From: Candidatus Marinacidobacterales bacterium
GTDB lineage: Bacteria; Acidobacteriota; Vicinamibacteria; Marinacidobacterales; DATDRI01
Length of the DNA stretch: 64,000 bases
NCBI GenBank assembly: GCA_965226495.1
Contig: OZ245365.1
Location: 4,768,001-4,832,000 of the forward strand
Reading direction: 5' to 3'
The notes below the pieces were generated by a model that was not told the DNA's origin, searched no databases, and was given only the letters and a program-made list of their open reading frames with translations. Position numbers and translations under genes: made by a program. Below are positions 40,784 through 53,409 of the stretch, in pieces (within the stretch, counting starts at the first letter, position 1; every line of letters begins with the position of its first letter).

Positions 40784-42124
40784 ATGAACCTTCTCGTTGT
40801 TGGAATGAACCACCGCACCGCTCCGATCGATGTACGGGAGCAGGTAGCCTTCAGCGACATCGAAGTACGGGACATCCTCTCGCGAACCCGTTCCGAGCAA
40901 ACGCTCGGCGAAATGCTGGTTCTCTCCACATGCAATCGAACCGAGTTCTACGGGCTTTCCAGGGACAACGGAGCGGCGGAGATGTACATCCGGAACCTCA
41001 TCGTCCGGCAGAAGCAAGTAGATTTGGCGTCTCATCCCGGCTATGCCTACACGCTTTCGGATGTCGAGTCGGCACGCCATCTGATACGGGTAGCCACCGG
41101 CTTGGACTCGATGCTCCTCGGCGAGCCGCAGATCCTCGGCCAAGTGAAGCAAGCCCACCAGCTATCCGTGGAGTCCGGCGCCTGCGGGCTCGTCCTGAAT
41201 CGCCTCCTGCAAGCTGCGATCATCGCGGGGAAGAGGGTCCGCACCGAGACGCGTCTCGGGGGAGGGGCGGTTTCGGTAGCGAGCGCCGCCTCCGAGCTCG
41301 CCGGCAAGATCTTCCGGGATCTTTCGACCCGCTCGGTTCTACTCATCGGAGCCGGGGAAATGGGTGAGCTCACGGCTCGCCACATGTTGGAACGAGGAGT
41401 ATCCGATCTCACCATCGCCAACCGAACGTTCAGCAAAGCGCTCGAGCTTTCGCGCGAGCTCGAGGGAAAGGCGCTTCCCCTGAACCGTGTCGAAGAGGCA
41501 CTCGGTTCCGCCGACATCGTCATCAGCTCTACCGGAGCCAGCGAACCCATCATTAGCGAAGCGCAGATGAGGGCTATCGTATCCAAGCGGTCCGGGAGGC
41601 CGATCTACATCATCGATATCGCCGTGCCTCGCGACTTCGAGCCACGAATAGAACGGCTCGACGGAGTCTTCCTTCACAATTTGGACTCGATGAATCTTTT
41701 GGTGGAAAAGGGCCTCGAGGAACGACGCGGCGAGATTCCCAAGGCGGAAGTGATCGTAGAGGAAGAATTAGAAGGGTTCCTGAATTGGCGAGACTCCCTT
41801 GCGGCCACCCCCACGATCAAACAACTCAAGGAAAAATTTGAGGAAATCCGTCGTCAGGAGGTGGCTCGCTACCGCGGCCGCTTCTGCGACGAGGATCAAG
41901 AGCAGTTGGACCGGCTGACGGAAGGTTTGATGAAGAAGATCATTCATCCCGCAATGGGCAGGATTCGAGATTGGAGCGGAAAGGAAGAGTTGGGAGCCCT
42001 CCGCATCGACACGATCTACGAGCTATTCGAATTGCCCCGCCGGCCCGGACAGCCCGGACAGCCCGGACAGGACGACCTCGCCCAACCTGAGCAAGACGCC
42101 GGGGACGAGGAGTCTCAAGGGTGA
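40784..42124 (+). CDS. hemA: Glutamyl-tRNA reductase
   Basis: LSTCNRTE, GLDSMLLGEPQILGQ, GAGEMG, DIAVPRD. Confidence 0.96.
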   Translation: MNLLVVGMNHRTAPIDVREQVAFSDIEVRDILSRTRSEQTLGEMLVLSTCNRTEFYGLSRDNGAAEMYIRNLIVRQKQVDLASHPGYAYTLSDVESARHLIRVATGLDSMLLGEPQILGQVKQAHQLSVESGACGLVLNRLLQAAIIAGKRVRTETRLGGGAVSVASAASELAGKIFRDLSTRSVLLIGAGEMGELTARHMLERGVSDLTIANRTFSKALELSRELEGKALPLNRVEEALGSADIVISSTGASEPIISEAQMRAIVSKRSGRPIYIIDIAVPRDFEPRIERLDGVFLHNLDSMNLLVEKGLEERRGEIPKAEVIVEEELEGFLNWRDSLAATPTIKQLKEKFEEIRRQEVARYRGRFCDEDQEQLDRLTEGLMKKIIHPAMGRIRDWSGKEELGALRIDTIYELFELPRRPGQPGQPGQDDLAQPEQDAGDEESQG

Positions 42125-43088
42125 GAGCCCTACGGGTCGGAACCCGTGGTAGCGAGCTGGCGCTGGCGCAAACCCGAGGGATTGTGGCGACGCTGAAGCA
42201 GCGGCTGCCCGACATCGAAATCGAAATCCAGGTCATCAAGACAATCGGCGACGTCGTTACCGACGTCCCCTTGTCTCAAGTTGGAGATCGCGGGCTCTTC
42301 ATCAAAGAGATCGAAAACGCTCTCCTGAAGGGTTCGGTAGATTTCGCCGTCCACAGCATGAAAGACCTTCCGAGCTCGTTGCCACCCGGACTTACGATAG
42401 CGGCGGTGACCGTGAGGCTCGACCCGCGAGACGCACTCATCTCGCGCGAGGCGCGTTCCATCGAAACCCTGCCTCGAAACGGCACGCTCGCCACCGGCAG
42501 CCTGCGCCGGCGCTCACAAGTGCTCGCAATGCGTCCGGATCTCCGAGTCGTCGAATTACGAGGCAACATCACGACAAGGCTGCTGAAGTTCGATGAGTCG
42601 AGTTGGGATTCGATGGTCCTAGCGAGCGCGGGTCTCACTAGACTCGGCCTCGAGGGGCGCATCGCAACCGCCATTTCTATGGACCAGATGCTACCCGCCG
42701 TGGGCCAGGGGGCGCTCGGGCTCGAAGCGCGGGCCGACGATTCCGAGGTCAGCGAGTGTCTCGCAAACCTCAACGACCAGGAATCCGCGACCGCGGTGAC
42801 AGCGGAGCGCGCGTTGCTCCGCCGTTTACAAGGAGGCTGTCAGGTACCGATCGGAGCACACGGCCGAATCCGCGAAAGGGGGTTGGTCTTGGACGCGTAC
42901 ATCGGGAGCACCGATGGACGGCGGCACCTAAGACGCCAGGCCGAGGGAGCGCCGGAACGAGCCGAAGAGATCGGTGAATCTTTGGCGGAGCAGATGCTAG
43001 GCGAGGGGGGAGACGAGATTCTCGAGGAAACTCGGGCAGAGGCGCCTGAAACGCCTGTAGGGAAAGAAACAAAAGAAACACAATCGCC

Positions 43089-43092
<4 letters not shown>
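42121..43092 (+). CDS. hemC: Hydroxymethylbilane synthase
   Basis: GTRGSELALAQ, AVHSMKD, SLRR, PAVGQGAL, GGCQVPIG. Confidence 0.96.
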
Positions 43093-46219
<3,127 letters not shown>

Positions 46220-46220
<1 letters not shown>

Positions 46221-46528
46221 TGGCCGAGATTCGCGTCGCCGATACTCAAGAAGTGCCCGAGGGCACGGGGATTGTCGTCGACGTGAAGGGCAAACGGCTG
46301 GCCATCTTTCGATATCAAGGTGAATTCTTCGCACTCGACGAGACTTGCCCGCATCGAGGAGGTCCTCTTCACGAAGGTCCTGTCCAAGAAGGAGTCGTCG
46401 CTTGTCCCTGGCATCTATGGCAGTTCAATCTCAAGACCGGCCTTTCCCCCGTTAATCCCCTGTCCAAGGTCCAGGCATACAAGACACGCGTCGACGGCAG
46501 CGATGTTCTAGTAGAGATCAAAGACTAG
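46220..46528 (+). CDS. Rieske [2Fe-2S] ferredoxin
   Basis: CPHRGGPL..CPWH. Confidence 0.9.
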
Positions 46529-46612
46529 ACAGGATAACAGGATGGACAGGATTAGAGAGTTGCAATCGAAAACGGAGTGCGGTCCTATCCTGTTTATCCT
46601 GTAATCCCGTCT
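46527..46612. repeat. Inverted triple ACAGGAT repeat element
   Basis: AGACAGGATAACAGGATGGACAGGAT ... ATCCTGTTTATCCTGTAATCCCGTCT. Confidence 0.8.
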
Positions 46613-46626
46613 GATTTCTTTGTCTT

Positions 46627-47460
46627 TTAGGCGGTTGATGCTTCGCGGATTTTTTCTAGCGCTTCCGAAGTGAGTTCCGGACAACCCAAGCTGGTAGGAC
46701 CTGGACCCTCCGGATTATGGAAATCGGATCCGCCGGTCACCAGCAAACCCAATCGCGCCGACATCTGCACATAGTGGGAAGCGATCTCCGGTGGATGGTC
46801 GCTGTGGTACGTCTCGATGGCCTGGAGACCATCATCGACCATCTTCGGAATGAGCTCATCTCGCTTCAGCAGCACCGGGTGTGCCAAAGACGCCACACCA
46901 CCGGCTCGCTGGATGAGGTCGGTGGCATCGCGCAGGGTCACTTTTTCATAACCCGCATCCGCGGGCGCGTCATGACCGAGGTACCGGTCGAACGCCTCTT
47001 TGAAGCTGGAAACGAAACCACGGTCGACGAGCACCTCGGCGATGTGCGGACGCCCCACCGTTCCGTGTGACGATTTGGCGAAGACGTCCGCTGCCTCTAT
47101 GTGGACGTCGACCGCTTCAAGCTTCTCCAGAATCTGATGGACCCGTTCGATACGCCGCTCACTCGCCGCCGAAAAAAACTCGACCAACCACGGCTCACGA
47201 TGACGAACGAACAACCCCAGAACGTGTACCGAGGCATCTTCGAAGTTGGCACTCACCTCGACTCCGGCGATGATCTCGAGTCCGTTCCCGGAAAGCTTGG
47301 CCGCCGCATCACGAGCAGAGTCGATCCCATCCACCGTATCGTGGTCGGTCACTGCGAACGAGGAAACATTCTCCGCGACTGCTTTTTGGACCAGTTCTTC
47401 GGAGCTGAGCCGCCCGTCCGAGGCGGTAGTATGAGTGTGCAGATCGTACAGCTTTTTCAT
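46627..47460 (-). CDS. PHP-domain phosphoesterase
   Basis: DLHTHTTASDG, TDHD, GRPHIA, AHP, TGGSDFH. Confidence 0.92.
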   Translation of the reverse strand: MKKLYDLHTHTTASDGRLSSEELVQKAVAENVSSFAVTDHDTVDGIDSARDAAAKLSGNGLEIIAGVEVSANFEDASVHVLGLFVRHREPWLVEFFSAASERRIERVHQILEKLEAVDVHIEAADVFAKSSHGTVGRPHIAEVLVDRGFVSSFKEAFDRYLGHDAPADAGYEKVTLRDATDLIQRAGGVASLAHPVLLKRDELIPKMVDDGLQAIETYHSDHPPEIASHYVQMSARLGLLVTGGSDFHNPEGPGPTSLGCPELTSEALEKIREASTA

Positions 47461-47528
47461 CGTCTGGTTTGGAGCCGAATTTTTTATGCTACGGCGCACC
47501 TTGACGGTTGTCAAGCTTTGGCCGTATC

Positions 47529-48041
47529 ATGAGCGCCATGATCAAGAAAGTGAAACGCCCCCCGCTCAACTATCTCGAACGCGCCTATATTCCGGAAGTG
47601 GCGCGGGCGCTCGTCATCACCTCCCGCCACTTCTTCCGTAACGTGACACGTCATCTGGCCCATTTACTCCGGCTCAAATTGGATGACCCGGCGGCGGTGA
47701 CTTTTCAGTATCCCGAGCAGCGGCGACCGATGGCCCGCAGACATCGCTCCCGACACCGACTGACCCAGCGGGACGATGGCAGTCCTCGCTGCGTGGCTTG
47801 CATGATGTGCGAGACGATCTGCCCTGCTTTCTGCATCTTCATCGTAGCCGACGAGCACCCCGACCCGAGCATTGAGAAATACCCGACAACCTTCGATATC
47901 GACTATGGCAAATGTGTTTTTTGCGGGCTCTGTGTGGAGGCCTGTCCAGAAGATGCGATACGGATGGATACCGGGATCTTGGAAATAAGCGCGCCATCGA
48001 GGGGCGAGCTGGTCTATTCGAAAGACCGTCTATTAGGTTGA
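47529..48041 (+). CDS. nuoI: NADH-quinone oxidoreductase subunit I (stand-alone)
   Basis: TFQYPE, CVACMMCETICP, CVFCGLCVEACP. Confidence 0.88.
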   Translation: MSAMIKKVKRPPLNYLERAYIPEVARALVITSRHFFRNVTRHLAHLLRLKLDDPAAVTFQYPEQRRPMARRHRSRHRLTQRDDGSPRCVACMMCETICPAFCIFIVADEHPDPSIEKYPTTFDIDYGKCVFCGLCVEACPEDAIRMDTGILEISAPSRGELVYSKDRLLG

Positions 48042-48061
48042 ATCTACTACGGTTCCGCCGC

Positions 48062-48121
48062 TTGACAGTTTCTGGAGTCGTTAGTATACTTGGGGTGTCT
48101 GACCAATTTGATGGGGTTTAT
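48062..48121 (+). promoter_or_regulatory. sigma70 promoter plus possible Rrf2/IscR-type operator
   Basis: TTGACA-N17-TATACT; downstream TCTGACCAATTTGATGGGGTTT. Confidence 0.55.
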
Positions 48122-48201
48122 CACACTTGCTCTTAATGGCCTGGAAAACACTAGGAAATTAAGACCTATCTAGACCAGTAAAGCACAAAGAGGGCTTAGC
48201 G

Positions 48202-48525
48202 ATGTTGACTTTGAGTACGACTGCCGCCGGTAAGGTAAAAGAGTTCCTGGTCGATAATGGCAAACCCGATGCCGCCTTGAGAGTTCGCGTTGTCGGTGGA
48301 GGCTGCTCCGGATTCTCGTATCAACTCGCGCTTGATGAGGAAGCCGGTACCGAGGACAAGGTCTACGAACAAAATGGTGTGAAGCTATTTGTCGACGCCA
48401 AGAGCCTTCTCTACCTTGAAGGAACCGAGATCGACTATGTGGAAGACATCATGGGCTCGGGATTCCGTTTCAACAATCCGAACTCGAAGGGGACCTGCGG
48501 CTGCGGGGAATCTTTCCAAGTTTAA
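48202..48525 (+). CDS. iscA: A-type Fe-S carrier (IscA/ErpA/HesB)
   Basis: GGGCSGFSY, FNNPN, CGCGESF. Confidence 0.93.
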   Translation: MLTLSTTAAGKVKEFLVDNGKPDAALRVRVVGGGCSGFSYQLALDEEAGTEDKVYEQNGVKLFVDAKSLLYLEGTEIDYVEDIMGSGFRFNNPNSKGTCGCGESFQV

Positions 48526-48587
48526 GAGAGCCTAGCCTAGTCATACGACGCGTTCAAATCTAACTGCGTCTTTTCGAACTCATCGCG

Positions 48588-48619
48588 GCACCCTCGGATC
48601 ACACCGGGGGTATTTTTTT
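48588..48619 (+). terminator. Rho-independent terminator after iscA
   Basis: ACCCTCGG..CCGGGGGT followed by T7. Confidence 0.6.
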
Positions 48620-48653
48620 GTGCTTCCTATCCCAGAATTGCAGGCGGAGCATA

Positions 48654-48962
48654 ATGAGTTCAGCAGACACCGAATACGACACCTTCGAACGGCTCGTGAA
48701 TATCGAGATCGAAGGCACCTCCTTCGCCGTTCCAGCGAACAACATTCTTCTCAACTGCGTTCAGTTCATCCTCGACGAAGGCATGGTGCTGGGACGTTTC
48801 TGTTGGAGCAACGAGTGCGGCAACTGCGAGCTCACCTGCCATACGCCCAACCAGCCGGAGGCCCAGCGAGCTCGTGGATGTCAAACGATCGTCCAGGAAG
48901 GGATGGTTCTTTCCGAGCTCACCCCTGATCTGAGATACTGGCTGCGCGAGAAACTGAAGTAA
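48654..48962 (+). CDS. Small [2Fe-2S]-binding protein
   Basis: CWSNECGNC..RGCQT cysteine pattern; NuoG-N/Fer2-like start. Confidence 0.7.
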   Translation: MSSADTEYDTFERLVNIEIEGTSFAVPANNILLNCVQFILDEGMVLGRFCWSNECGNCELTCHTPNQPEAQRARGCQTIVQEGMVLSELTPDLRYWLREKLK

Positions 48963-48996
48963 CGCGTATCTGCCTCATTCCTAGAGAGTCGACGTA

Positions 48997-49755
48997 TTGA
49001 TCCCAGCGGTCATATCCCTGTTGTCTGCCCACTTGGCGGTCGGTACCTTGCTAATCTCAGCTGCGCTGGTGCTGCGCCAGCGACTGCCCGATCCTTTCCT
49101 CCGATTCTGCGCCGTCGGCTCTGCATTTGCGGCGGGGGTCAGCTGGCTGCTAAGTCCGAGGGGAAACCTCGCCTACGGTGCCGTCGCAGCCGCAGCGGTC
49201 TTTTGGTATTTCTGGTTGCGCCGTCGGGGAGGCGGCTCTCCGTTCCCTGCGGTGGCGGCCGCGGTCGTCGGCTTAGGAGCACTGGCTACCGAATGCCTCG
49301 GCAACAACACCGCGGGCTGGCCGCTTTGTTTCGCAGGTTCCGTCAGTTCGGCGCTGTTGCTCGGGGCGGTCGTGGTGAGCATGGTCCTCGGCCATTGGTA
49401 CCTCGTCGATACGAAGCTATCCATCGCTCCGCTCAAACAGGGGGCCCTCTGGTTCGCCGTTGCGGTGGTCGCACGTTGGGTAAGTGTCAGTACGACTCTT
49501 TCCCGCGAAGGATTGCAGGTCGTTCAGGTCGTGCGAACCTCCGACCTGGTCTTCTCGACTCTTGGCCTATTCTTCCTTTTCAGGTTTATTTCCGGCCTCA
49601 TTGCTCCAGCGCTGCTGGCGGGTCTCATCTGGCAAACGGTGAAGATACGCTCGACGCAGTCCGCGACGGGGCTCCTCTACGTCGCGCTCGTCCTGGTGCT
49701 CTTCGGAGAGCTGATCGCACAATTCCTGGTGGTCGCTACAGGCTTCCCACTATGA
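48997..49755 (+). CDS. Uncharacterised polytopic membrane protein
   Basis: About 8 hydrophobic segments; MVLGHWYL and TQSATGLLY blocks. Confidence 0.7.
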   Translation: MIPAVISLLSAHLAVGTLLISAALVLRQRLPDPFLRFCAVGSAFAAGVSWLLSPRGNLAYGAVAAAAVFWYFWLRRRGGGSPFPAVAAAVVGLGALATECLGNNTAGWPLCFAGSVSSALLLGAVVVSMVLGHWYLVDTKLSIAPLKQGALWFAVAVVARWVSVSTTLSREGLQVVQVVRTSDLVFSTLGLFFLFRFISGLIAPALLAGLIWQTVKIRSTQSATGLLYVALVLVLFGELIAQFLVVATGFPL

Positions 49756-49776
49756 AATCACACGAGACGCAGCGGG

Positions 49777-50247
49777 TTGACTGAAGAACAAGCGAATTTT
49801 TTGACAGCGGGCTTCTTTTGCCCAGAGTGCTCCCGCTACAGCGAGTACACGCTTTCGCCTCGGGAGACCGTCCACGCCTGTTCTCATTGCGGGCATGAGT
49901 CAGAAAGCAATGCCAGTCCCGCGCTCCTAGCAGGGGGACCGATCGATCGATGTCCGCATTGTGACAATCGGGAATTCTTCCTCGGAAAGGATTTCCCCCA
50001 GCAACTCGGCTGCGCCGCGGTGACATTGACGGTTGTCCTGTCCACCCTAGCTTATGCCTTCTGGGGGTTTCTTCCATCTTTGGCAGTACTGGTCATCGCC
50101 AGTCTCCTCGACTTCGTTCTCTACCATCGGCTGGGAGAAGTGACGATTTGTTACCGGTGCCATTCGGAGCTCCGCGGGTTTGCTCCCAATCCGACACACG
50201 GGCCCTTTGACATGCATCGGGCGGAAGAGTACGACGAGGGAACGTAG
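49777..50247 (+). CDS. Zinc-ribbon membrane protein
   Basis: Four CxxC pairs around two TM helices. Confidence 0.7.
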   Translation: MTEEQANFLTAGFFCPECSRYSEYTLSPRETVHACSHCGHESESNASPALLAGGPIDRCPHCDNREFFLGKDFPQQLGCAAVTLTVVLSTLAYAFWGFLPSLAVLVIASLLDFVLYHRLGEVTICYRCHSELRGFAPNPTHGPFDMHRAEEYDEGT

Positions 50248-50495
50248 ACCTCGGGAGCTCGCGGGGGTCGCCGTCGACTAGTGGGGCTGTAACAATGAAA
50301 TCGACACCGGAGTTTATTGCCACTATCCACAACCCCCTCACCCGACGCCTGGCCACGTTGACTCAAAGCAACCCGCTCCTGTGGCGTCCTCTGGCGGCGG
50401 GCGACCTCTCCCCCGCGGGGACAGCGGGCGTCAAAACAGGTCATGCCGCTAGCAACGACGCCAGACGCCGGTACCAACCTCGTTGGTACGGCCTA

Positions 50496-50936
50496 CTAGG
50501 CGGGGTCGATGCTAACCAGGGGGTGGTTGGGGGCCTTCAGCATGTCCGCCATAGTGACGTTGCCCAGAAAATCCACAGTCTGCTTTTGGGCCATGTTCCA
50601 GACGTGTTGCATCTCACAACCATCTAGGATGGAGCAATCGTCGTGGTCTCCGTCCACGCATCGGTTGAGCTTCAACGGTCCCTCAACGGCTTCGATGACC
50701 GCGAGAAAAGTGATCTCGGAGGGAGACCTTGCGAGCGCGTAGCCCCCGCGCGCACCTTGCTGGGACTTCACAACGCCTCGATTCGCCAGGATGGGAAGAA
50801 TCTGCGCGAGGAAAGCCTGGGGGATGTCTTTGGCTTTGGCGATCTCACTCACGCGACCGTAGCGATCGGAGCTAAGGCGCGCAAGATAAATGACCGCCCG
50901 CAACGCATAGTCGCTTTTTCGCGACAGTTCTAGCAT
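50496..50936 (-). CDS. Rrf2 family transcriptional regulator
   Basis: DYALRA, GARGGYALAR, VIEAVEG, three Cys plus His. Confidence 0.92.
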   Translation of the reverse strand: MLELSRKSDYALRAVIYLARLSSDRYGRVSEIAKAKDIPQAFLAQILPILANRGVVKSQQGARGGYALARSPSEITFLAVIEAVEGPLKLNRCVDGDHDDCSILDGCEMQHVWNMAQKQTVDFLGNVTMADMLKAPNHPLVSIDPA

Positions 50937-51116
50937 CTCAGTGTTGCCTCGACCGATTCGTACGGAATCCGCGCCGATTATAGTGCAGCTTGCTGGGGTG
51001 TTCAAGCCAACATCGAAAAGGGGCCTTTCAGTGCGGAAAAGGTACCGCTCGCTGATCGGGCGCCCCAACGCTAGACCATTGACCGTCATTACCAGCGTCG
51101 ATAGGATGACTGCCGA

Positions 51117-51770
51117 GTGGACCTAATTATCTTCGATTTGGATGGCACCCTTGTCGATTCTCGTAAGGACATTGCCACGTCGGTGAACGAGCTACTGACT
51201 CGTTTGGGGCGGCCGGAGCTGCCGTCGGAGCAGGTTTTCGATTTCATAGGGAATGGCGTGCGAAGACTCCTCGAACGTGCTTTGGGCGAGTCCGCGGCCT
51301 CGGACGAGCTGGACCAGGCCGTCCGACTCTATTTGCAGATCTATGGCCGCCGTCTTCTCGAAACTACGAGCGCATACCCAGGTGTGTGCGAGGCCCTGGC
51401 CGAGCTCCAAGCGTTGCAGACTGCGCCGCGGATGGCAGTTCTCACGAACAAGCCGACCAAGGAGAGTCTGGAAGTGCTCGAGGGACTCGAGCTCATGCGG
51501 TATTTCGATCAAGTGCACGGGGGGGACAGTTTTCCACGACGCAAACCAGATCCGATGGGGGCCGACGCCCTCATCAAAAACACTGGCGCACGGCGAGAGC
51601 TGACCCTAATGGTGGGTGACTCCCGCGTGGACTACGAGACCGCTCTCAACGCTCGAATCCGGGTATCGCTAGTTACATACGGAATCGGCGCCAAAGAAGT
51701 CCAGGCTCTCTCCCCAGACTATTTCATCGACGACATGAGAGAGCTCCTCCCGATTGTGGGCCCTGAATAG
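51117..51770 (+). CDS. gph: HAD phosphoglycolate phosphatase-like
   Basis: FDLDGTLVDS, LTNKP, KPDP, MVGDS. Confidence 0.85.
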   Translation: MDLIIFDLDGTLVDSRKDIATSVNELLTRLGRPELPSEQVFDFIGNGVRRLLERALGESAASDELDQAVRLYLQIYGRRLLETTSAYPGVCEALAELQALQTAPRMAVLTNKPTKESLEVLEGLELMRYFDQVHGGDSFPRRKPDPMGADALIKNTGARRELTLMVGDSRVDYETALNARIRVSLVTYGIGAKEVQALSPDYFIDDMRELLPIVGPE

Positions 51771-51853
51771 AGGATCGAAGCCAGCTTTGAAAGGCCCTCA
51801 CCCCGGCCCTCTCCCAGAGGGAGAGGGAGTAAAGGATCGAAACCAGCTTTGAA
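51771..51853. repeat. CCCTCTCCC-type REP hairpin flanked by 21-bp direct repeats
   Basis: AGGATCGAA(G/A)CCAGCTTTGAA twice, around CCCTCACCCCGGCCCTCTCCCAGAGGGAGAGGG. Confidence 0.75.
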
Positions 51854-51967
51854 TATGTAAACTCGGGATGCTACCCTCACCTATTCGCAGTCGCTAACGG
51901 ATCGAGCCAGGCAGCGTTTGCTATCCATCGTCAAACGCTTACAGGAGAGATCCCTTCGAATCGCCAG

Positions 51968-53386
51968 ATGAAGAAGATGAGCAAGCTACCGACGAAAACA
52001 CGGCAACGCTCTAGCGCCACCGACCCTGCAGGGGCGGCGTCCATCTTGCTCATTGATGACCAAAGCGAGGTTCGCGAGATATCTCTGGCGACGCTTCGAC
52101 GCAACGGGTACGAAACCCACGCCGTCGAGAGTGGGGAAGAAGCGCTGGAGGTTCTTGCGCAACGCCCGTTCGACTTGGTGGTCACCGAACTTCGACTCTC
52201 CGGAATGGACGGCACGGAAATTCTACACACCGTGAAGCGCACCTCGCCAGATACGGAGGTCGTGGTCACCACCGCTTCCGCCACACTGGAAGGTGCAATG
52301 GAGGCTGTCAAAGACGGAGCTTATGACTATGTCGCCAAGCCTTTCCAGCCCCAAGCGCTACTCTTGACAGTCCGACGGGCGTTGGAGCACAAGGGCCTAG
52401 CACAGAAGGTACGTGTGCTCGAGCGAGCGATGGACGGCCGCACATCTTTCGACGGGCTCATCGGTACCTCGGCGGCTATCACGGAAATTCTGAAGATGGT
52501 CGAGCAGGTAGCTCGCCTGGACTCCACCGTTTTGATCTCCGGCGAGAGAGGTACCGGTAAGGAATTAGTTGGACGCGCGCTTCATAATCTCTCTCCTCGA
52601 AAGGACAAACCTCTAGTCATCATCAACTGCGACGCCATCCCCGAGAGCTTACGGGAGAGCGAGCTCTTCGGACACGCCAAGGGCGCGTTCACCGGAGCTC
52701 ATGCCGACAAGAGAGGTCTCCTCGAGGAGGCCAATGAAGGAACCGCCTTCCTGGACGAGATCGAGAGGCTGACGCCCGCAGCCCAAATCAAGATGCTGCG
52801 GTTTCTTCAGAATGGTGACGTTCGTCGAGTCGGAACCACCGTCAGTCGAAACCTCGACGTCCGTATCATTGCCTCCACTCACCGTGACTTGGAGAAGTGC
52901 GTTGAGGAGCAAACCTTTCGAGAGGACCTCTACTACCGCCTCAACATCATTCCGTTCCATCTGCCGCCGTTACGGGAGCGAACCGAGGATATTCCTCTCC
53001 TGGCACAGCACTTCGCGAGGGCTTCCGCGGCAAGACTGGGACATGCCACACCTGCCATATCCTCTCGAGCCATGTCGGTTCTCGTTTCCCACACGTGGGA
53101 AGACAATGTTCGTGAGCTCGAGCAAGTCATCGAAAGAGCCATTGCCCTGGATCGCGACGGGGTCATTGGCCTCGATGATCTACCCTTCGCCGATTCGCCG
53201 GCGGCGTCCGACAAGATCATCGATCGGGCAAGAAGCAACACCCTCACACTGAGCGAGCTCGAGCGCGAGTATCTCTTGGAGATTCTCGCGGAAAGCGGAG
53301 GTAGCCGTAAGAAAACCGCGGAAAAACTGGGTATCACCACCGCCACCCTGTGGAGAAAGCTCAAGCGGTACGAGAAGGGCGATTGA
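51968..53386 (+). CDS. sigma54-dependent response regulator (REC-AAA+-Fis HTH)
   Basis: GERGTGKE, GAFTGA, FREDLYYRL, HTH LGITTATLWRKL; receiver Asp replaced by Glu. Confidence 0.9.
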   Translation: MKKMSKLPTKTRQRSSATDPAGAASILLIDDQSEVREISLATLRRNGYETHAVESGEEALEVLAQRPFDLVVTELRLSGMDGTEILHTVKRTSPDTEVVVTTASATLEGAMEAVKDGAYDYVAKPFQPQALLLTVRRALEHKGLAQKVRVLERAMDGRTSFDGLIGTSAAITEILKMVEQVARLDSTVLISGERGTGKELVGRALHNLSPRKDKPLVIINCDAIPESLRESELFGHAKGAFTGAHADKRGLLEEANEGTAFLDEIERLTPAAQIKMLRFLQNGDVRRVGTTVSRNLDVRIIASTHRDLEKCVEEQTFREDLYYRLNIIPFHLPPLRERTEDIPLLAQHFARASAARLGHATPAISSRAMSVLVSHTWEDNVRELEQVIERAIALDRDGVIGLDDLPFADSPAASDKIIDRARSNTLTLSELEREYLLEILAESGGSRKKTAEKLGITTATLWRKLKRYEKGD

Positions 53387-53409
53387 GTGAGGAACAGGAC
53401 ACCGGCATC

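Noticed and set aside
42044-42070. (CCCGGACAG)3 in the hemA tail
   Set aside because: Simple slippage in a disordered C-terminus (PGQ x3)
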